Part shown: piece by piece, positions 12,856-22,700 of the stretch
Numbering within the stretch: the first letter of the stretch is position 1
How the letters are laid out: every line of letters starts with the position of its first letter
From: Schizochytrium sp. TIO01
Lineage: Eukaryota > Protista > Bigyra: Labyrinthulomycetes
Length of the DNA: 64,000 bases
Assembly: GCA_004764695.1 (NCBI GenBank)
Contig: SMSO01000014.1
Span: 1,545,648-1,609,647, forward strand
Direction: 5' to 3'
Translations under genes and position numbers: made by a program
The notes under the pieces: model-generated
Told to the model about the DNA's origin: nothing
Seen by the model: the letters and a program-made list of their open reading frames with translations, nothing else
The model's database searches: none

Positions 12856-13666
12856 CAGGTCCTCAGCTCCATTCGCGCGGTGCGTCACAGCCTAAGATCT
12901 GTGACTTTTATCGCTGCGATATCCACGATCATCCGCCACCTTCGTGTCCTCCCAATTCTCCTCCGGCTCTCCGTGGGTTTTCTTAAAGGCACTTGCTTCC
13001 ATAGGTACCTGCTCACTTACTTCTTCCCTGAGCTTGATGGCCTCCTCGTAATCTCAAAACTGGAGATCTCAACTTGTGGTCACTCACAACAGACAGAACT
13101 CTCACGCTCTGTTCGACTACTAAGTTGTGCAATCTGTGCCAGAACCGAACCGAGTGAGGTTCCAATGCGACGCAGTCAGTTGCCGCCAGCTTTCGAGCTC
13201 ACCGCCGACTTCTTCGATCTTCGCAAGACCTGGGTGGGTACAGAGCAGTCTACTTCTGCGCAGATGGGCCAAGTCTTGGCAGCAACGCGGCCCCTTTTGC
13301 CGCCTTCGCTTGCCCGATCTTTGGCGCGTTGGATCCGCTTTTCTGGCAGCAACTCAATTCCATTCCTCCAAGTTCTCGAGGGTCGAGTCGAGATCTTCGC
13401 CGACACCACTAAACCAAAACTCGAGCTAGAGTAACTCGAAGAACTACCACCCACCCACCATACCCGCTGACTGAAAGTGCTTCGATGTCATCTTCACCTT
13501 GCCCAAGATCGCATTCGCCTCGAGAACGACACAGAATGTTGCCGCTTCTCGTGCGGTTCGCATCGTCGAGCCATCATTTTGGGGCGACTCGTACGAGTAC
13601 TTTGAGACCTCAGCTCACGATCCCCAATAAATAACTAATTACGTACATATTCATATATATATGTGC

Positions 13667-13729
13667 AAATAAATAAATAAATAAATAAATAAATACATAA
13701 ATACATAAACAAATAAATAAATAAATAAA
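13667..13729. repeat. (AAAT)n imperfect microsatellite
   Basis: Directly visible. Confidence 0.9.
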
Positions 13730-13821
13730 CTCAGACTGCACTCAAGCTTGAGCTGCACTTTCTCATCGGCAATGGCTCTAGGATCGCACAATGCGGCAGG
13801 CGTCGCGTCGTCTGCTCGAGT

Positions 13822-13860
13822 GATCGATCGATCGATCGATCGATTGATTGATTGATTGAT
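13822..13860. repeat. Compound (GATC)5(GATT)4 microsatellite
   Basis: Directly visible. Confidence 0.9.
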
Positions 13861-14621
13861 ATTCCTCGAGATAGTTCAATCTACCAAAGTCGCGCTGTGC
13901 GGAGAACGAACCGTGGAAGCAGCGGCAGCTTAGCCAGTCCTAGGCATCCTTAGGCAGTTCTTAGCCCCACAGAACTGCAATTGGAGCCGCGCCTAAGCCA
14001 GTTCCAGAGGCCGAATCGATCGATCGCTCGCTCGCTCTTCATCACCGCCGCCGATTCGCTCGCTGCCAATGCGTCGCCAGCACCGCCGACGCCGCCCCCG
14101 CAAGTCCTCCTTGAGGATCGAAGTCCGCGCTGCGCCGGCGGGCCACCGCGGCAAGGTTTGCTCAGGCAGGGTCGAGAACCCACTGTTTGTATGTATGTAT
14201 GTATGTATATATGTAATGCGGCCAAGAACTGCAGGTGCTACAATTTGTGGCTCCGGGTCCGTCATTGCCGCGGCTGATCGCAACGCCGTGGCCGACGATG
14301 GTATCTTTCCTACCAGGAAGCAGGCTGCCAATTCGCGCAATCCGCCGGGGCCTCGAGGTCTCTTGCCTTCGCAGCGCCAATGCCCAAACTCCGCTGCAGC
14401 CAATCCTTGGAGTTCTCTCCTCTCTCTCCAGCCGATAGGGACGCCTAGGAGTCGGCTACTGGCTGGCTAGGAGGCGTTGATTGCAATGGCCAATTGACTA
14501 ATTAGTATGTATTAATTGATTAGGTCCACATAGAGAAAGGGCCTGGGTGCGCGTATATTACCGGACCGGATAGTGGACTAAAAAGGGGCCTAAATGGGAG
14601 GTCGCGGTTGTGGCCGAACAA

Positions 14622-14643
14622 AGCTAGCTAGCTAGCTAGCTAG
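14622..14643. repeat. Self-complementary (AGCT)n microsatellite
   Basis: Directly visible. Confidence 0.9.
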
Positions 14644-16700
14644 ATGAGGACGACCAAGAACGAGCACAATTTGCAAGCCTGAAGCTGTTGCTGTGGCAAT
14701 TATGGGATGGGAATGGGCTTCAAGAAGGGAATGGCAAAAGTTCGTTCCAGTATTATGGCTGTTTTCATGGTCTTGCCCTGAGTAGACCGTTCATTTCATG
14801 TGCTGTGGAATTACGAAGGAGTGCGACTTTAAGATGCTAATGATGGTCGATCAATTGTTGATAGCATCTGTGATGGATGGGCAGGGAGGTTGATCAGGCA
14901 GCAGCGCTGGGAATCTGTATCATTTTGCACATTTAGACTAGCTGCGAGACCAGAGGCATCTAACAAGCTTATTGGAGGGGGCTTGAGTTTGGTCACCACT
15001 GATCGAAAGCGAAATAACGGCAAAATAACGGACGACCATAGCGATGACTTGGATGCTCAAAACGCATCAAAACTAGAAGGTACCTAGGCACTTTGGAGGC
15101 AGAGCAAACTTTGAGATAATATTTTGACCAACTTAAAGCTTCCTTTTGCGTATTGCAAAGTTGTATGATTTTATTTGATTGGGGCGAAAGGAAGTCTCCG
15201 CTTCAAGCCATCCGCATCATTTCTTTCTGGTTTGTAGTTTTAGATTTGTGGCTCCTATTGTGAACCCTCTTGTATGCACTGAGACCAGGTGCAAGAAAAA
15301 GTAACTACACGGGGGGCTTTTGTTTGGTCATGGTAGATTGAAGGCCCAGCTAGCCAACGGCAAAAAACGGACGACCACCACAAGGAATTCAAGTTGCTCG
15401 CTATAAGATGCTAGAGAGGATGAGATAAACGGGCTTGCCAATCGAAAGATTTGACATAATAGCCCCTTTTCGGTAAAACTCAAGAATTCTCGCAGTTCGA
15501 CCATATGCTGGGAAATGGCAAGAGTGGTGGTTTTTGCACAAGGTGTCACTTTTCTTCGCTCTCGTTAAGCTCATGCAGGGTGAATTGTAGACTAGAAACA
15601 CAGCAAAATGCATAGTGAACTCGCGCTGCAAAGAGAGGTCACCGGATTACATGAATGAAGGCAAGAAAGCCCTGACAATGCCAGTCAAACCATCAAAACT
15701 ATGAACATTGCTCACTATTCTCTAAAGTTTATTTGAATATTCTTATTATGATGCACGTACCTATCGGGTCGAGCACTGATATGCTTTGTTGGGATTGTTG
15801 GATGTCCTCAGCCTTTTTTATTTTGTAGTTGTCCTGCTAGCCCAGAAGCTCTAGCTGGAGTGCGCTAAAAATAAACTAATCTGACCCTCATTTTCATTTT
15901 GTCAATCACTCTTTACTACCTTCTTCTTTCATGTGCTGATGTACATGTTGAAGCAGAATTTAGCTTTAACATATTCAAACAAACCAACTGATGCCAAGCA
16001 ATTGCAATGGCTCTCGAAGTACGGTAGAACCTTCTTTCTGCTACGATCTATCTTTCTCATGCCCGTCGCGTTAGTAGATCTACCTAGGTCGAACGTTGTT
16101 ATTAAACAAAAAAAATCGGTTTTTCTTCTCTGTTTTCTTCTATTTTGCTGCACTTTACTAGTGTCATTCGTATTGAATAAACAAGCTCTCTCACGTTTGT
16201 CAGATTGTCTCATGATATGTGCATGAGCCGAAACAAGCTCTAAGTCAACATGAGCAGGTGAACTCTTGTTGAGGTTCGCTACCACTTCTGATAAGTTGAA
16301 AGCGCTTCGGTAAAGTCTTCAAAAAAGACCAATTGCAGAGATTCGTTATTTATAGGGTTTAAAGGACTTCGACTTGTATAGTTTAACGTAAGCGTGGCAT
16401 AGTATGTATTGTTAGAAGATAAATTGCATATTCTGTGTGCCTTACAGAGCTGCTTTGGTCGTGTACCTGTATTTCTGAATAATCAGTACCTCAATTTTCG
16501 CTACCTGCGCCAAGCATAACACAGCTCCCGACGTCTTGCTTTGGTTCTCTGCCAAGAGCTTCTGCACGGCCTTAGGGTCAAGGCAAGTAGTTAGTTACAA
16601 CTGGCTTTGAAGGCTACAGTGGAGCGCAAGTTCTATTGCTCGCTCGTCTTCGACTTGGCAGGGGCTGGGAGAGAGAGTCTTGGGCTAGGGCTCGATCAAC

Positions 16701-19700
16701 ATGAAAAATAGGGCAAACCGAAAAACCAGAGGTCAATCATCTGGCTCTAGAACGAGGTCACATGACACCTTTTCATCAGAAGAATCAGTGGACGAATCGA
16801 ACAACAACTCGGATGAAAGCAAAGAGTCACTTTTCACCTCACTTGTTGACACAATTTATCAAACAAAACACTCAAGCAAAATTGGGGGCTATTCTGAGCT
16901 CCCAGCGCCACCAATCATTGATGCGTCCTATTTCAATGCCCAGCCGGGTATGATGCCAGCCCTGCGTGGCTACCGTAGCCAGGAACTTAATCTGGGCCGT
17001 GATGTAGTAGCACCCGTAGAGACAGAGGAAAATTTCAGCAGCAGGACGGCAGAGCTCGAGGTCGACCCCACCACCAAAGCGAATCCAGTCAAGAGTGGCA
17101 TGAAGGGAAGCTGGATTGGAGCTCGCATTTACAACCAGCTTTGGGGGAACAAAGAACTGCGCATTGCCCCCGCACCGCCGCCAGCAAAGAACTCCTCTCA
17201 CGAACAGCAAGAAAAGATCGTGGTCAGGGAAGTTCTCCAGCATAACCGGGAAGCTGGGACGGCTACAGGTGGAGCACAAGCAGAAAACTCTGTAATACAG
17301 CGCACGCAAGATAAACGTCTTTCGATCGCTCAAATTGAAAGAATGAAAAGACACTTTGGTCATGGCACCACAATGCGAAAGGAAGCACGAAAACACATCG
17401 TAGAGCGATGGACACACACATTCCTTGTCACTAAGCTTTGTATTCTCATTGTCTTTTCTATTATCCTCATTGCCATGGGTGCCATTTCCGAGCCGCTCGT
17501 TTCAGGTCGGGTAGTTTGGATATCTGGTGTCTTACTTCTCATCTCTTCAGCGCTAGGAATTCACGGTGCCAAGATTGTCGTACGTGAGATTGAGTTTGAC
17601 GACGACGGTGTCGAAACCCCAGGCCAGCGTATGCTTCAAATTTACTTTCACATTGCATTGTCATTTCTCGTACTGTTCCTTCCCTTTGCAATTAATCTAA
17701 TGCGAGACCCACTTGGCTATGAGGGTGATGTCCTCTCTACAGTTTTTCGTGCTGGTGATTCTCTTCTTGTCGAGAACGCAGAAAAGTATCTGAGGGTAGC
17801 AGGTGCAATTGGTTTGTGTACATCCATTATTATTTCGTGGTCGCTCCGATCTGTGGTGAAGATCGTGACCTTTTTTGAAATTACTCAAAGTTTTCTGGAA
17901 ATTTTTTCACTTACGGTGATTGGCCTTGGAATAATGCTACTTGCGTTGCTGCTTTCATTTTACAAACAAACACAATTCATGTCTGATTCAGATGCTGTAG
18001 CTGACGTCTCTGGGACGATGGGTTCGCGTATTGCTCTCTCAACGATTCTTCTCCTTCTCATCATTGGTATGAGCATTATTGGATTTTTTGCAGCGTGGCT
18101 TGAGAGCAAAAAGCTGCTATTAATTCATGCAGTTGGCATAAGTGTGCTAGGAGTGATGGTACTTGCATACGGACTCTTGGTAGTCACGGTGGACTGGTCC
18201 ACTATAATTGACAACAGGTGTTATCAAATCGTAAAAACGATGTCCGACTCATGGTGGAAAGACACTGTCCTTTGTACAAAGTACGGTGGAACAAGCATAA
18301 GCGCTCTTGTAGAGAACTATGACATCGAAACTGGGAGTTATTTTTACATGGTAAATGGTCCTGGTCTTGCTGCTCGCTGCAAGGATGCAAGCCAGTATGC
18401 TGTAGCCTGGGAGTATTCAGCTACCACCTATGCTAATCGAACGACTTTTCTAGTCGGATGTGTTGACCTGTCCTGCTGTGACAAGCTTTCCGACTTTCTC
18501 TCATCTCTCTCGTTTACAATCACATTTGCCTTTGTTCTTCTGGTGCTCAGTATTTTTGTTGTGGCCATTGGTGACTTGTGGCTCCGCCGAGAAACCCAGA
18601 ATGATAAGGGTAGAGTCAAGGTGTTTTCTCGCACACGTGGATTCTGGATTCTGACCATCGCCGGACTGATTTGTGTAGTTTCAATTAGTGTATTGACTAC
18701 GTTTGTTTCGGGAGAAATGGGAAGGAACTCTGCGGACAAGAATCTATCTCCTTGGGAAAATGTAACAGTTGGGTTCCCTGTGTATAATATATCTTTTCCA
18801 CATAGCTGTGCAAACAGCCTTCTAGACGGAAATGAAACAGATATAGACTGCGGCAGCTCCGAAGATCTGGGGGGGTGCAAAGATAGATGTTCAGTTGGCC
18901 GCACATGTCGCGAAGATTCAGACTGTCTCAGTGACCTCTATTGCTCGGGCGACAAAACGTGTCAAATGCCAAGTGTTCTTACATGCACTGACGGTAAGAA
19001 AAATCTCTTCGAAACGGACATTGATTGCGGTGGGACTAGCTGCCAAGGTTGTGCTAATGGCTTAAACTGCAAGGTCAGCACTGATTGCTTCTTCAATAAC
19101 TGCGAAGATGGGAAATGCGTCGGGTGTACTGATGGTATTAAGAATGCTGGCGAGACGGATGTTGATTGTGGGTCCACTCAGTGTACAATAGAGGCAAGCC
19201 TCGGTGTTTTTTCGCTCGATATAGTCGCATCAACTTTTAACTACTCTGGATTGACCGGTCCTAATGGACTGTGCCTTTCCCCGGGAAGGTGCTCGACGGG
19301 AGAGGATTGTGAGAGTGGAAACTGTGTTGATTATCAATGCGTTTCATGCTTCAATAATGCCGTTGACGGTGATGAAACTGATACTGATTGTGGTGGCGAA
19401 AATTGTGCAAAACGATGCCCGACGGGATGGTCATGCCTTGTAGACGATGATTGTCAATCTGGCAATTACTGTAATGATAACAATTACTTATGCACATCAA
19501 TCGGCAAATGTAACAATGATTCAACGACAAATAACGGCGAATCCGATGTAGATTGTGGAGGAGATTCTAGCGGCTGTCCGCGTTGTGTGGATGGCCAAAT
19601 ATGTCTACTCGATAGGGATTGCGAAAGCCAGATTTGTTATATTGTTGGTGACAATGAAGCGGGCGTCTGCACCTCATGTGGGAACGGAGTTAAGGATGGT

Positions 19701-22700
19701 GATGAAGGTGATATTGATTGTGGAGGCTCTCAATGCAATCAACTATGTGCGCAGAATCAAACTTGTAACCAAAGCTCAGATTGTAAAACAGGATTATTTT
19801 GTTGGACAGATTATAGTCGGAACGCAGCAATTGACCATTATTACCAATACTACACCAACAGCACTGAGACTGAATTCGACTGGTTCCCTCCTGTTAACAC
19901 ATGTCAAACACCTTTTACTCTTTCCGTCACATCGCTTTCTCCTTATATTGCGATTCTCGAAAATGTTGGATATGGAGAATTATTTGTGTCTGACATGAGC
20001 AATGTCTTTGATATAAGTTCAGCAAGTACATCATCTACACGACGTCGATTAATCGCAGGGGGGCGCGCAGGTAACCGCCGACTTCAAGATGTCAGTAGCG
20101 CGGTATCAGCTGGCTACCCTGGTTCTATGGAAGTCACTAACAATGGATCCTGGCCTTTCCTTTGTAACCTCACAGTAAAGGCAACTTCAGACAACGAAAA
20201 CGTTTTCTTTGAAATGTCAGAAACTTCATCCAAAGTTACATTTGATACATGGACAAATTCAACTCCAGGGTTTATAGCTATCATTCACCACAATGATGAG
20301 TTCCCTGAAGTCTACATGAAGTCTACACAGTGTGAAAATCCCAGGACCAGTCAAGTTACTTCGCAGTGGTCCGTAGACGCCAACTGTGACTTTCTCAATA
20401 TCAGCTCATCTCTTCAAGAAGGAATTGCCAGTATTGTTGTTCCATATACAACAACTCTCACAGGACTTGTTAACACTTCCAGCTGCATAGACAGTATATA
20501 CGATTCTAAATGTCACGTAATACCAGATGCGTCGATTACTGTACGCGAATATGTGCTCGGAACGTGCCAAAATATACAGAGTCCATCAACAAGCGCCTCT
20601 TGTGAATATGTCACTTGTACAACCTCCTACACATACTATCACCAATGCGTTGAGGTTGCTAGCCAAGACAATCCGTGCTGCTACTGGTTGGGTGATGATG
20701 AAGCAGACTTGAGCGGTAGTACTACTTGTCTTAGTGGGAGTAACGCATCTTTGTCAACTTCTTCAGGGGTCGATGGAGCATTCACATCAGTTATTCCTGA
20801 ATTATACGTAAACTTTTCAAAGGTAGACCTTTCCCAAACCCGCGATCTTCTTATAGAGGCCTCTCATGATGACTATGAAACACAGTACATGATTGTCGAC
20901 GCCTCCACGGGCGTAGTAACAAAGGCAGGCACGGTGTATCTGGTACCCTTGAATTCATCAATGCAAGCCCCAACCCCAAGCCCAGGTTCGACTCAGGAGC
21001 CAACAACTCCCACCCCAGGTATTGTATTATCAACTCAAACCCCAACAGTACAGCCAACAGCAACTCCAACAGTACAGCCAACGGCAACTCCAACTCTAAG
21101 TCAACCAATCTTTGTGGCAGCTGCGAGTTGCCCAGCTCCAGAAGATTCTGCAAAGCGTCTGCAAGATCTTGCAGATGAAATTTCTGAATACGATAACGTG
21201 ATTGTGTTCAAAATTGAGGCTTACAAGGAGTATAGAATTGAGATTTTTGGAAACTTGCTTACTGGCATTGATTCTTTGGAGGATGAGATTTGCCGATTGT
21301 GGTGCGGAACAGCTTGTACTCAGAACAGCGCATGTAACACTGAGATTACTGTTGTGAATAATAGCTCATTTATTCTTGAAGTTGGAAGCTACAACGAGCT
21401 CGCTGATGTTCCGGATATTTCAGAGTTCATAACCGATCTATCGAGTGCTTTGAGCATTAGTTTGGAAAACATAAATTACGCCGAAACTTCGAGTATGCTG
21501 CTGGCATCAGGATATCCAAATGTGAACAACGAGAATACAACGGAAACATCCGTACGTCGAGTCATTAGTTGGTCTGTAGGAGATACTGCAAAGGAAAATG
21601 TTATGAACGTGCTCGACCAGCCTTACGACGCATATGATACATGTAGCGTAAGTGTTGTACCGTGTCTTGGAAACCTATGCAGTAACAGAGGTACATGTAA
21701 TAATGCTACGGGCCTTTGTGAGTGCGAAACTGGATATTATGGCTACCAGTGCCAGCTCGTGGAGTGGAGCGAGTTTGATCCTTTCTGTGTATGGAAGAAG
21801 GCTTACTCACAGCAGTACTGCACGACAATCTCCAACATAAACGAAGCCTCATTCAATAGCATGTTTTCGGAATCAGGCCTTGTCAGGTATGATCGATTTG
21901 GAACTCCCTATGCATACTACCGTCGCTTATCTGATCCATCATCCTTCAATGCATACAGTAACTTTTTGGAGACATGGGATGACGAAAGCAACGAGATGTA
22001 TCAGGATTTTGTGATCTATTCAACACAGGAGGATTTGTACAACACTGTGAATGAATGGACTGAGTGCAATTATGGTGTTTCAGGACGTGGTTTTCCTGGG
22101 CAATGCGGTCCAGAAGAAATCAATTTCTACAAATGGTGTTCTCGGTATTGTGCAGACCAAAGTCTTAAAAGCCTGTATCAATCATCCGCAACGTCCAGCT
22201 TTGCACTCTACATATGCGATCCAGTTACAACATCACCTCCGGGCACAACATACGCTCCATCGACTTGCAAAACCTTTGGCGAGTGCACTGGAACCATCGC
22301 TGGCCACGTTGTAGATGAGCTGGGTTTGCCAGTGGAAGCCTCCATAAGCTTGCTTTCGGTATCTCCGAGTAGTGTCAAAGTTGCTAGGGCCGTGCTTCCA
22401 GACAAGACAACCTCGACAGAAATGGTTTCCTCAGATCAAAACTCTACAATAACTCGGCTCGCGAGTCTCGAATTGAGTTCGGAATGCCGCACACGTTCAA
22501 CGACAAGCTCTGGGATGAAGAGCATTTTTAACTTTGATGATGTTGACGTAGGGATGTACACACTACTGATTGAACCAACTGATTCGGACACATATGATCC
22601 AAAGGTGTTGAACAACGTGGAGTTTCGAAATGAAAATGTGACTGTCTTAATCCCAACTGCTACAAATGGAAGCCGGCTAACTGTAAATTTTGCCTATGAC

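Noticed and set aside
12880-13434. 184-aa plus-strand ORF
   Set aside because: GTG start, no motifs, and a composition that suggests the antisense shadow of a decayed minus-strand frame.
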